NCBI GenBank assembly: GCA_965223545.1
Contig: OZ245006.1
Location: forward strand, 2,720,001-2,784,000
DNA: 64,000 nt
Origin: Planctomycetota bacterium
GTDB taxonomy: Bacteria; Planctomycetota; UBA1135; UBA2386
Direction: 5' to 3'
Shown: positions 51,472 through 61,002 of the stretch, piece after piece
Layout of the letters: the number at the start of each line of letters is the position of its first letter
Position numbering within the stretch: the stretch's first letter is position 1
Notes under the pieces: generated by a model
The model's input: the letters and a program-made list of their open reading frames with translations, nothing else
What the model was told of the DNA's origin: nothing
The model's database searches: none
Position numbers and translations under genes: made by a program

Positions 51472-52854
51472 ATGCGAATCAGGGGAACCGCCGTCGCCCG
51501 GTCCTGCCAGTCCCGGCTTGGGCAGATGGCGGCACTCTCGCTGCTCTGGGCCGCAGTCGCCGGCGCCGCAACCGGCCAACCGGCCAACCCCCCGCCACTC
51601 CTGTCCGCCGAGGGCGAAGCCGACGGCAACGCCCTCGGTGCCGCGCTCGCGATCGCGGGCGACGTCGACCGCGATGGCACGCCGGACATCATCACCGGAT
51701 CGCCGCGGGATGATGGCGTGGTGACGGATTCGGGCAGCGCCTGGCTGTACTCGGGCGCCAGTGGCGGCGTCCTGCAGCTGCTGCGGGGCGCCAGCAGCGG
51801 TGACCAGTTCGGCTTCGCGGTCGCCGCCGCCGGCGACGTCGACGCCGACGGCTATGCCGACGTCATCGTCGGCGCGCCGCACGAGGCCAACCGCGACGAC
51901 CGGCACGAGCATCTGCGGGCCGGCTGCGCACACGTGATCTCGGGTCGTGACGGCAAGCGGCTGTGGGCGCTGCGCGGCCCCTCGGAGGGCGCCGCCCTCG
52001 GCTGGTCGGTGCAGGGCGTCGGTGACGTCGACCGCGACGGCCACGCCGACGTCGCCGCCGGAGCACCGTTCTACTTCGTCAAAGATGCGCCCGACATCGG
52101 CCTGGTCCGCATCTACTCCGGCAAGACCGGCGAGGTCTTGCACGAGCTGCTCGGCGTGCGCGGGGGTGACCGGTTCGGCTGGTCGCTGGCATCGGTCGCC
52201 GACCGCACCGGGGACCGCGTGCCCGAGCTGCTGATCGGCGCCGAAGGCAGCTCCAACGACCAGGGACAGGCCGGCGCGGCGTACGTGTTCGATCCACGCC
52301 GTGGCCGGCGCATCCGCGAATTGCGCAGCGGCCAGACGAACGACTACCACGGCACGTCGGTGGCCAACGCCGGCGACATCGACGACGACGGCAAGGAGGA
52401 CTGGTTGGTCGGCGCGTGGAACGGCCGCGACCCCGACGCGCGGGCCACCGGCATGGCGATGGTCTTCTCCGGCCGCAGCGGCAAGCCGCTGCACCGCGTG
52501 TTCGGCGACGCGGAGCACGACCGGTTCGGCGCCTCGGTCACCGGCTTGGGCGACATCGACGGCGACGGCCACGCCGACTTCGCGGTCGGCGCACCGCAGG
52601 AGCAGGAGGCGGGCCGCGGCTACGTCCGAATCTTCTCGGGAGCGAAAGCGCTGCCGCTCTCCACGCTGCACGGCGAGGCGATCGGCGACCTGTTCGGCGA
52701 TGCCATCGCCGCCACCGGCCCCTCCGGCGAGAGCCCGCGCGGACTGCTCGTCGGCAGCCCGGGGCGCCGCGGCCGCGGCGGATGGATGGTCTATCCAGTG
52801 GGCGCCACCGCGACCGACACAGACGAAGCTGGCCGAGGCCATCCGTCGCGTTGA
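51472..52854 (+). CDS. FG-GAP / integrin-alpha repeat protein
   Basis: Repeats of FG.aV...GDvD.DG.aD..vGAP; start may be the ATG at 51526. Confidence 0.9.
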   Translation: MRIRGTAVARSCQSRLGQMAALSLLWAAVAGAATGQPANPPPLLSAEGEADGNALGAALAIAGDVDRDGTPDIITGSPRDDGVVTDSGSAWLYSGASGGVLQLLRGASSGDQFGFAVAAAGDVDADGYADVIVGAPHEANRDDRHEHLRAGCAHVISGRDGKRLWALRGPSEGAALGWSVQGVGDVDRDGHADVAAGAPFYFVKDAPDIGLVRIYSGKTGEVLHELLGVRGGDRFGWSLASVADRTGDRVPELLIGAEGSSNDQGQAGAAYVFDPRRGRRIRELRSGQTNDYHGTSVANAGDIDDDGKEDWLVGAWNGRDPDARATGMAMVFSGRSGKPLHRVFGDAEHDRFGASVTGLGDIDGDGHADFAVGAPQEQEAGRGYVRIFSGAKALPLSTLHGEAIGDLFGDAIAATGPSGESPRGLLVGSPGRRGRGGWMVYPVGATATDTDEAGRGHPSR

Positions 52855-52873
52855 AGCGCGAAGGTCGGCTCGG

Positions 52874-54229
52874 TCAGAACGTATTGCCGAACGCGATGGT
52901 CAGCAGGCGGTCCTCCTCGGAGAAGCCGAGGTCGACCCGGAACAGCGCTTCGCGGGCGAAGCCAATCCGGAAGCCCGCGCCGTAGCTGTCCAAGAATCGC
53001 CCCGATCCCAGCGCATCCAGATCGTCGGCCAGCGTGCCGAAGTCGTAGAACAGCGCCGCGCCGATGCGCTCGATGCGGATCGTGTCCGTGATGCGGATCC
53101 CGTACGGCACGATCGCGAAGCGGTACTCGACGGTGCCGTGCACCGCAACGCGATCGGTGAAGCGCCGCTGGATGTAGCCGCGCAGCGTATCCTCGCCGCC
53201 GAGCGTCGGCAGGCTGTAGTAGGGCAGCTCACCGGCGGCAGCGGTGACGAACCCGCCGACGGCGAGCACGTCGGTCGGCGGGTTCTGCTGCTCGGCGGAA
53301 CCCCCGTCGTGCAGCAGCGGGGGCAGCCGGACCGCGCCGTTGGCGTCGAGCGAGAACAACGCGCCGGCATCCAAGCCGGTCTGCAGGGGAGCGACCGCCA
53401 CCGACGCGCCGATGCGAAACCCCTCGTACGGGTTGGCGAGGCTGTCGCGCGCATCGAACGCCGCGCCCGCGCTCAGCCACAGCTGATCGACTCCGTCGGC
53501 CTCGACGAACTGCGCGCGAAAGACGTCGTCGGTGCTCGGCACCGCCTCGACGCGGCCCCGCTGCAAGCCGTGGTGCTGCACCTCGGCGCCGAACGACAGC
53601 ATCGTGTCATCCCCGGCCTCGGGCACGCTGAACCGAGTGCCGACGCCGACCAAGCCGAACTCCTCGGTGTAGGAGCTCTCGGCACTCTCCGGAGTGCGGC
53701 TGCCGAGGCCGAAGAACCGCCGCGTCAGCGTGCGCGAGTAGTGCGCGCTGACCGCGACCGTGCTGCGCTCGTCGCGGATGATGCCGCCGGCGGGAATCGA
53801 CCGGTGGTTGAGCCATCGGCGCCAGTGCATCGACAGCTGCTGCTGCCCCTCCTCCGAGTAGCTGACGACCGCGTTGAGCAGCTCGCGCCACTGACGGTTG
53901 CGGAAGTCCACGTCGGTGACGGCGACGCCCCCGCCGAAGCCGATGTCCTCTTCGCGAAACAGGATCGGCGTGATGAAGCTGCTGACCAGGAAGCGGTCGA
54001 ACATGTCGCCCGGCTTGATCCGGCCGCCCGGCGTGTAGCGCCACCGCTCGGGGTTGGGCAGGTCGTCCGGCAGCTGCGGGCGGACGACCGTGGTGCCGTC
54101 CGCGGCCATGTTCTGGTTGGGGTCGTAGCCGGCCGCTTGGCCGTGCACGACTCCCACCAGGCACACGGACACGAGGACGTGCGCACCCGGGCGCGGAGAC
54201 TGGCGTTGGCGACGACGCATGGGCGCCAT
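52874..54229 (-). CDS. Omp85/BamA-TamA-like beta-barrel protein lacking POTRA domains
   Basis: FDARDSLANPYEG, LGGEDTLRGY, FYDFG, terminal IAFGNTF. Confidence 0.8.
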   Translation of the reverse strand: MAPMRRRQRQSPRPGAHVLVSVCLVGVVHGQAAGYDPNQNMAADGTTVVRPQLPDDLPNPERWRYTPGGRIKPGDMFDRFLVSSFITPILFREEDIGFGGGVAVTDVDFRNRQWRELLNAVVSYSEEGQQQLSMHWRRWLNHRSIPAGGIIRDERSTVAVSAHYSRTLTRRFFGLGSRTPESAESSYTEEFGLVGVGTRFSVPEAGDDTMLSFGAEVQHHGLQRGRVEAVPSTDDVFRAQFVEADGVDQLWLSAGAAFDARDSLANPYEGFRIGASVAVAPLQTGLDAGALFSLDANGAVRLPPLLHDGGSAEQQNPPTDVLAVGGFVTAAAGELPYYSLPTLGGEDTLRGYIQRRFTDRVAVHGTVEYRFAIVPYGIRITDTIRIERIGAALFYDFGTLADDLDALGSGRFLDSYGAGFRIGFAREALFRVDLGFSEEDRLLTIAFGNTF

Positions 54230-54289
54230 TCTGCCGCGCGTGCGCACCAGTGCACGCGCGGGTTCAAGCGCCGCTGGCCGCGCCCTACC

Positions 54290-55525
54290 TCAGAACTCGG
54301 GCCAGGTGACGACGTTGCTGATCGTCAGCTGGCCGGTGGTGCCGTCGAGGCAGGCACCGGCGAACAGCAGTACGCCTGGCGGGAAGCCCGGCGGCAGCGA
54401 GACGTTGGGGGCGCTGAAGCCGACCTTGCCGCTGCTGGGCACCGGTCCGACCACGAGCGTCAACGTCGCCGGCGCCAGCAGGAAGATCCCGCCCGCGTTG
54501 CCGGGACCCGGCTCACACTGCAGCATCGCCTCGAGGGAGAACGGCTGCCCACGCGGCGGACACCGCGGCAACACCGTCAGCTGGCCCGGCAGTGTGTCGA
54601 CGGTGTCGACGCCGGTGGTCCAGATGCCACCTGGCGGGAACGTGCACGCCGTGGTCGTGGCGAGCGCCTTGGTGACGATGTGCACCTGCTCCGGCACCGC
54701 GGTGTGCGTCGTCGTGAAGAACACGTCGTCGTCAGGGTCGTACTCCAGCGAGTGGTAGAAGTTCCCCGGGGGGCTCGAGCTCGCCGCGGGCCCCGAGGGC
54801 AGGGTGAACAGCCCGACGCCGCCGGTGCCGCCATCGACGGTGAATCCGAGACTCGCCGGGGCTCCCGGGCAGTAGTCGACACCCGACACCGGACCGGTCC
54901 CAGCAGCACCTCTGACGTTGGTCACCAGCACTGGCGGCGCATAGGTGCAGTCGGGACGCACGGCCATGCGGTAGATGTCGCCGTTGTTCTGACCGAAGAA
55001 GATGTTGCCGGTCGGATCGGTGCAGACCGAGGTCACCGGCATCGTCGGGGAACTCGCCGCCCCGACCAGGGTCGCCGCCGCACCCCGCTGTCCACGGGGG
55101 AAACGGTACACTCCACCGTCGCTCGCCACGAGCGGGTCGCCGTTGCGGTCGAAGGCGATGCCGTTGATGGTCGAGCTCGCGGCCATCTGTCCCCAGTTGA
55201 GGGAGACGAGGACGTTGCCGGCACCGTCGATGAGAAGCCGGCTGAGCTGGCCCGCGCTGGCGCGGTGCCCGCCGATCCAAACGTTTTCGTTGACGGGATC
55301 GATCTGCACCGCCTTGACGTCCGGGCTGCCGGTCATCGCGGCGAGGCCGTTGACCACCTGGCAATTGCCACTGACCGGATCGACGATCATCAGACCGTCT
55401 GGCGCGGTCGACGTCGCGCTGGTCAGGTAGAAGGAGGCGACGTGGCGACCGTAGGGGATCTGCGCCGAGAGGGGCGCTGTGGCCATGGCGCTCGCGAGAA
55501 GGAGCGCACAGCGGAGGGTGTACAT
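54290..55525 (-). CDS. Secreted beta-propeller-like protein with C-terminal domain
   Basis: Signal peptide ending PLSA|Q; propeller-like repeats (IAFDRNG, CTDPTG); ends LDGTTGQLTISNVVTW. Confidence 0.75.
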   Translation of the reverse strand: MYTLRCALLLASAMATAPLSAQIPYGRHVASFYLTSATSTAPDGLMIVDPVSGNCQVVNGLAAMTGSPDVKAVQIDPVNENVWIGGHRASAGQLSRLLIDGAGNVLVSLNWGQMAASSTINGIAFDRNGDPLVASDGGVYRFPRGQRGAAATLVGAASSPTMPVTSVCTDPTGNIFFGQNNGDIYRMAVRPDCTYAPPVLVTNVRGAAGTGPVSGVDYCPGAPASLGFTVDGGTGGVGLFTLPSGPAASSSPPGNFYHSLEYDPDDDVFFTTTHTAVPEQVHIVTKALATTTACTFPPGGIWTTGVDTVDTLPGQLTVLPRCPPRGQPFSLEAMLQCEPGPGNAGGIFLLAPATLTLVVGPVPSSGKVGFSAPNVSLPPGFPPGVLLFAGACLDGTTGQLTISNVVTWPEF

Positions 55526-55559
55526 CGCGGTAGGCTACCACGGCTTGGCGCCACTCGGA

Positions 55560-57866
55560 ATGCGTACCGGAACGCCACACCCTACTCTGACGCTCGACCG
55601 CATCCTGCGCGCCGCGGCCCGCATGGCCATCGTCGCGCTGACGCTGGTGCCGATCCTCTGCGGCGGCGAGCTCGGACTGCCGGCCCTGTACTTTCCGGCG
55701 GTGACCGCCAAGCACGTGGGGTGGTTGGCGCTTCTGGCCATGGCATCGGGCTGCTGTCTCGCGCTGACGCGATGGCGGGGCGCGGCACTCGGTTCGCCGC
55801 TGGGATGGCTGGCGGTCGTCGGCGTCGCGCTGGCCGCTGTAGCCGCGGCCCTCGGCGCGGATGCCACGCAGTCGTGGACCGGATCGTTCGAACGCCTCGA
55901 CGGCGTGCTGCTGACCGCGAGCGGCGCCGCGTATTTTCTCGTCGCCCGGGCGGTGATGGACGCGACCTGGTGGCGCCGGTGGCTCTGGGCCTCGGTCGCG
56001 GTTGCCTGCGTGCTCGCCGCAGTCGCACTGCTGCAGAGCGCGCAGGTCCTGCTCGGTGTCGCGCTGCCCGCATGGATCGCCGACCCGTCGGTCCCCCCGC
56101 CAACCGAGGCGCGCTTCTTTCGCGCCACCGGCCGTTTCGGCTCCGGGGTGTTCGCCGCGTCGTACTGGGCCTTGCACTCGGCCATGCTGATGACGGCGGG
56201 CGCCCGACAGACCGGCCGGCGTCGATTGGCGTTGCTCGCGCTGGCGGCGCTGACGGGGGCCGCCGTCCTCGCCAGCCAAACCCGCATCACCGCCGCGGCG
56301 CTGTGCGCAGTCGCCGGCTGGCTCGGCATCCGCACGGCGCGCGCGGGCACGCTCTCGCCGCGCGGGCGCCGCCTGCTGATCGCGACCATGGCGGCCGCGG
56401 CCTTCGCGATCGCGATCCCCCTGGTGGCACTGGCCATCGACCCGGTGCGCTTCGAGCAGTGGCCCGGCCTGAGCCGCGCGGTCTCCGCGATCCACGAGCT
56501 CGGCCGCCGCGGCCTGCTGTTCGGCGTCGCGTTGCAGGGCTTGGCAGACGCGCCGTGGACGGGGGTCGGCCCCGCCAACTTCGAGCTGGTCTGGGACCGG
56601 CACTTCGAGCCGCGCCTGTGGACCACGGCGGAACGGTTCGACCACCCGCACAACGCGGCGCTGGCGTGGGCGGCGGCCGCCGGCTTGCCGGGCTTGGTCT
56701 GGGTCGCGCTGTTCGCGGCGGCGCTCTGGCGCGCAGTACGGCGGCATCCCGATCCGGTCCCCCGCGCCGCGCTGACCGCGGCCTTGCTCGTCTACGCGGC
56801 GCACGCCGCGCTGCAGCCGACCGCCCTCTGGGACCACATCGCGCTGTGGTCGATCGCGGCGTTCGTCGACCGCCGCGGGCGTCCACCCGATCCCGCAGTC
56901 CACGCTTCTCGACCCGCCGCGGGCTCGGCGCGGCTGGCGCTGGCGGTCGCCATCGCCGCCGGGCTCGGCGCGATTCCACTGGCGCTGGCCCGCGACGCGC
57001 AGCGGCTCGGCGCGCTGGCGCAGCTCCGGGCGGCGCCCGCCATCGCGGAGAGCGCGCCCCGGCACGCGGACGCGCATTGGCAGCAAGCGGCGGGGACGCG
57101 CACCGCGCGCGAGGCCTTCCACGAGATCGGCGTGCTGGCGCTGCGCGCGGCGAGCGATCTGGAGATCGCCGACACCACCGCACTGCCGCTGGCACAGCTG
57201 GTCCAGCGCGCCGCCGACGCGCTGCACGCGGAGCGCCCGGCGCGCGTGCACGAGCTACTGCTCGCAGCCAATGTCGCCATCCAAACCGCGGCACGCGTGC
57301 GCCGCGACCGCGAGCGCTCGCAGTCGCACCTCGAGCGCGCCCGCGCTCTGCTGGAGCGTGCTCTCGAACGCTCGCCCCGGCGCGCCTCGCTGCACGAGGC
57401 GATGGCGTTGGTCCACCTCGGCACCCCCGGCGAGCGCAGACAGGCGATGGCGGCGGCGCGCACGGCGCACGAAGTCGCGGCGGGCAACCACCGCAGCGCG
57501 CTGCACGCGATCGCGATCGCGCTCGGGCTGCGGCGGTTCGAGCTCGCGCAGGAGCTCGCCGCGCCGCTGTATCCCGTCGACGGTGCGCTGCACCGGTGGC
57601 CGAGCGACCGCCTGCTGCAGGCGAGCCGCACCGCGGAACGCCCGCTGTTCTGGCTGCCTCGGCTGCGGCCGCGCGTCGACGCGCTGCGCGGCCTGGTCGA
57701 CCGAGGGGCGGTCGCGCCCGAGGAAGCACGACGGCGCGTCGTCGGCATGGCGGAGCTCCTGGTCGCCGGCGGCCGGCGGGAAGACGCGGTGCGCGCCGTC
57801 CGCGCGTTCGTCACCTGGGATCCCGACTTCGCGACCGAGGCCGAGCGCCGCATCGCGACGTGGTGA
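55560..57866 (+). CDS. O-antigen ligase-like (Wzy_C) membrane protein with TPR-like C-terminus
   Basis: Many TMs; SQTR, PWTGVGPANF, FDHPHN..GLPG motifs; helical C-terminal repeats. Confidence 0.8.
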   Translation: MRTGTPHPTLTLDRILRAAARMAIVALTLVPILCGGELGLPALYFPAVTAKHVGWLALLAMASGCCLALTRWRGAALGSPLGWLAVVGVALAAVAAALGADATQSWTGSFERLDGVLLTASGAAYFLVARAVMDATWWRRWLWASVAVACVLAAVALLQSAQVLLGVALPAWIADPSVPPPTEARFFRATGRFGSGVFAASYWALHSAMLMTAGARQTGRRRLALLALAALTGAAVLASQTRITAAALCAVAGWLGIRTARAGTLSPRGRRLLIATMAAAAFAIAIPLVALAIDPVRFEQWPGLSRAVSAIHELGRRGLLFGVALQGLADAPWTGVGPANFELVWDRHFEPRLWTTAERFDHPHNAALAWAAAAGLPGLVWVALFAAALWRAVRRHPDPVPRAALTAALLVYAAHAALQPTALWDHIALWSIAAFVDRRGRPPDPAVHASRPAAGSARLALAVAIAAGLGAIPLALARDAQRLGALAQLRAAPAIAESAPRHADAHWQQAAGTRTAREAFHEIGVLALRAASDLEIADTTALPLAQLVQRAADALHAERPARVHELLLAANVAIQTAARVRRDRERSQSHLERARALLERALERSPRRASLHEAMALVHLGTPGERRQAMAAARTAHEVAAGNHRSALHAIAIALGLRRFELAQELAAPLYPVDGALHRWPSDRLLQASRTAERPLFWLPRLRPRVDALRGLVDRGAVAPEEARRRVVGMAELLVAGGRREDAVRAVRAFVTWDPDFATEAERRIATW

Positions 57867-57990
57867 GTCGCTGCGATGCAGCTGCTCTCACATCGAGACT
57901 GCTCGCCTCTCGGGGCCAGCCGGCGCCGCCTTGGGCCGATGAACGGGATGCCGCGGGTTTCCGCGGGCACGACACAGCGGGGGGAGATCC

Positions 57991-58794
57991 ATGAAGCAAA
58001 CGTCAGTCTTGAGCGTCCTCGTCGCGGGCGCTCTGTCGCTGCCGGGCTACGCGCCGGCGCAGAACACCGCTCGCGGTGTGGTCACCACTGTGTCCAGCGA
58101 TGGATCGGAAGTGGATTTTCGACGGCAAGTGGTGCGCGGCAAGAACACGGTGTTCGAGTTCTACGCCGATTGGTGAGGCGCTTGCCGCACCACGGGGCCT
58201 CAGTTGGAGGCCGCCATCAAACAGTCCGAGGACACCGTCCTGCGTCGCATCAACATCGTGAGCTGGGACAGCCCGGTCGCCAAGCAACACTCGATCCGCT
58301 CGATTCCACACTTCGTGATGTTCGACACTCGCGGCCGCAAGGTTGCCGAGGGAAAGGACGTTCTCAAGCGAGTGCAGCAATCCGCGACCGTGGCTTCATC
58401 GCGTGACGCGCGCACCAAGGGCCGCACTGAACGGGTGAGAAAGCGCGGGGGCAGCTCGGTGCGGACGGTGGTCCGCAACGGCGACCGAATCCGGCTGACG
58501 ACCGTGTTGGCTCGCGGTCAATACACCGTTTTCGAGTTCTATGCCGACTGGTGTCACGCGTGCGAAGAGTTGGCGCCGAAGTTGGAGACGATGGCCAACG
58601 AGACCGACGGCGTCGCACTCCGCCGGATCAACATCAAGGACTGGGAGAGCCCCGTCGCGAAGCAGTACGAGATCAAGTCGCTCCCACACCTGATCATGTT
58701 CGACAAGAAGGGCAAGCAGGTCGCCGAGGGCCGCGATCAAGTCGTGCGGCGGATGGTCGACCTGCAGCGGGCAGCCGCGACCCCGGGTCGCTGA
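57991..58794 (+). CDS. Secreted tandem thioredoxin selenoprotein (Sec at TGA 58174-58176, residue 62)
   Basis: ORFs 57991..58176 and 58204..58794 are in one frame; domain 1 VFEFYADW-TGA-GAC aligns with domain 2 VFEFYADW-C-HAC. Confidence 0.88.
58194..58215 (+). promoter_or_regulatory. Candidate bacterial SECIS element
   Basis: Stem GGCCTC (58196-58201) / GAGGCC (58207-58212), loop AGTTG with G at position 2, loop starting 26 nt after the UGA. Confidence 0.65.
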
Positions 58795-58813
58795 TCGGCT
58801 TGCGCGTTCTCGG

Positions 58814-59179
58814 CTACGACGCTTCCAGGATCTCGATGTCGTAGCCGTCGGGATCGCGCACGAAAACGTAGTTGGAGGCGACCTCGGGCTTGCTGCGCCG
58901 GTACCACCACCCGCGCGCCTCGACGTCCGCGATCACCGGCCCCAGATCGTCGACGTGGAAGGCGAGGTGACCGAACTGCGTGCCGGGCTCGTAGTCGCGC
59001 CCGTCGTGATTGTGGGTCAGCTCCAGGTGGTAGCCCCCGCTCTCGTCGGTGAGGAAGACCAGGGTCGCCTCGTCACCGATGGTCTTGCGGCGCACTTCGC
59101 GGAGCCCCAGGAACCCGGTGTAGAATTCCAGGGCCTTCTGCAGATCCCGGACCCGGATCATGGTGTGAGCCAGTCGCAT
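58814..59179 (-). CDS. gloA: Lactoylglutathione lyase (glyoxalase I) / VOC family
   Basis: HTMIRVRDL, LELTHNH, FGHLAF, FVRDPDGYDIEI. Confidence 0.85.
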   Translation of the reverse strand: MRLAHTMIRVRDLQKALEFYTGFLGLREVRRKTIGDEATLVFLTDESGGYHLELTHNHDGRDYEPGTQFGHLAFHVDDLGPVIADVEARGWWYRRSKPEVASNYVFVRDPDGYDIEILEAS

Positions 59180-59333
59180 GCGGCAGAGCATATGCCATTC
59201 GCGATCCGAACCCGCGCCGCCATCGGCCGAAGCAGGGCCCCGGGGGGCCCCGCCGCTTTGCAAACCGGCGCCGACCGGCGATACTTGAAGTGGCCCTCCC
59301 CGCGGAGCCTGCCCACACACCTGAAGACTCCAA

Positions 59334-60938
59334 ATGTTGCTGCGCTACCTTTCGCCGGCCGCCCTCGTGTTGCTCGGGACCGGCTCGGCCATGGCCCAAG
59401 ACCACGCCACGGCGGCCATCAACGACCCGCGGTCGCACGGCGTCGTCGGTGACACCAAGCTCTCGCTCAACGAGGTCATCCTCCTCAACAAGCGGGTGCT
59501 GCTGCAGAGCTCGCTGTCGGCAGCCGAGCAGGGGCAGATCAACGGCTTCGGCGGCGACGTCGCCATCGCCAACATCGACGCCACCATCGTTCCGCGCATC
59601 ACGCTGGAGCGCAACCTGGACACGATCGACGACACCGCGCACGGGCTCAACCTGGTGGGCGTCGGCGGCCAACCGATCATCGATCTGGCCGGCACGCGCG
59701 GCATCGTCATCAACTCGAACTTCGCCGACGTGCGCAACGTCGTGCTCGAGAACGCCGCGATCGCCATCGACATCACGCAGGGCAATGCGATCTACGGCTC
59801 GGTCGTCGACAGCGTCACCTTCCGCAACATCTCGAACACCGCGGTCCGCGTCGCGACGCCGACCGACGGCGACACGACCCAGCTGACGATCGAGCGCAGC
59901 CTGTTCGACGGGGTACCCAACGGGTTCGAGTGGTTCGACACCGGCACCAATCGCCGCGGCAGCCTGACGGTGCAGGGTTCGACCTTCCGCAACTGCAACT
60001 ACGGCGTGCGCGTCCATCTCGGCCCCGGCGGCGTGCTCACCTCCGCGATGCACCGGCTGCGGTTGCAGCAGTGCACGCACGGGATCGCATTCGAGCGGCC
60101 GACCGCCACCGACACGCGCAGCGTCGTCCTCACCAGCCTGCACGCGCTGATCACCGGGGCGCAGTCGGCGTTTTCGTTCCAAGGCCACACCGGCAGCAAC
60201 GACCATCTGGATTTTCACATGGCGGAGTTCGCCGGCAGCAAGCACGCGCTGCGGGTGTGGCCCGCCGGCGCCGGCACCACCGGACTGCTCGAGGACAGCC
60301 GCATCGACGGCCCGGCCGAGACCCTCGGGCTCGGCAACTTCACCCTGAGCAACCTGCGGGCGCGCGGCGCCAGCTGGACGTTTGGCGGCACCGTGCCACA
60401 GGTCGTCTCGACGACGATCTTCGACGGCATGATCGTGGGCACGAGCGAGGGCCAACCCCTGACGTTGAACGGATGCCGCTTCGTCGGCGGCGGCATCGCG
60501 GGCACCGCGGCCGCGCCGGTGTCGGTCAACAACACCTACCTGGGCAGCGCGACGGTGGGCAGCTACGTCTCGGCGAACGGCAGCCTGCCCGCCCCACAAC
60601 TCGGCTCCTGCGATGCCTCGCCCCTCGAGCCACGGATCAACACCACCGCGGCGCTGACCACCGACCTGCCCCCCAACCTGTTCGGACAGTGGTTCTTCGG
60701 GCTCGCCGAAACACTGCCACTGCTGGGCCCGCAACCGATCCACCTCTACTTTTGGCTGTCGTTGCACGTACCCTTGCCGGCGATCGTTGCCGGCAACTCG
60801 CAACTGCCGCTGCAGATCCCCAACAATCCGAACCTGATCGGCAGAAGCTGGATCGCTCAGCTCGCGGTGTTTCCCGGGCCGGGCGTGTCCGCGCCACCAC
60901 TCAACCTCCCGCCCGGGCGCTGGATCGTCGTGCGCTGA
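59334..60938 (+). CDS. Secreted right-handed beta-helix protein with conserved C-terminal domain
   Basis: Signal peptide ending SAMA|Q; LSLNEVI motif, parallel beta-helix repeats (TFRN); ends LPLQIPNNPNLIGRSWIAQ. Confidence 0.8.
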   Translation: MLLRYLSPAALVLLGTGSAMAQDHATAAINDPRSHGVVGDTKLSLNEVILLNKRVLLQSSLSAAEQGQINGFGGDVAIANIDATIVPRITLERNLDTIDDTAHGLNLVGVGGQPIIDLAGTRGIVINSNFADVRNVVLENAAIAIDITQGNAIYGSVVDSVTFRNISNTAVRVATPTDGDTTQLTIERSLFDGVPNGFEWFDTGTNRRGSLTVQGSTFRNCNYGVRVHLGPGGVLTSAMHRLRLQQCTHGIAFERPTATDTRSVVLTSLHALITGAQSAFSFQGHTGSNDHLDFHMAEFAGSKHALRVWPAGAGTTGLLEDSRIDGPAETLGLGNFTLSNLRARGASWTFGGTVPQVVSTTIFDGMIVGTSEGQPLTLNGCRFVGGGIAGTAAAPVSVNNTYLGSATVGSYVSANGSLPAPQLGSCDASPLEPRINTTAALTTDLPPNLFGQWFFGLAETLPLLGPQPIHLYFWLSLHVPLPAIVAGNSQLPLQIPNNPNLIGRSWIAQLAVFPGPGVSAPPLNLPPGRWIVVR

Positions 60939-61002
60939 CCGCGGTGGAGCGCTGGCGGCCCTCGCATCTGCCGGCGCCCCCTCGATCACGAAGGACGGTC
61001 CC

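Noticed and set aside
52301..57994. 1897 aa ORF on the + strand
   Set aside because: Arg/Ala/Pro-rich shadow frame overlapping four well-supported genes; typical high-GC artefact.
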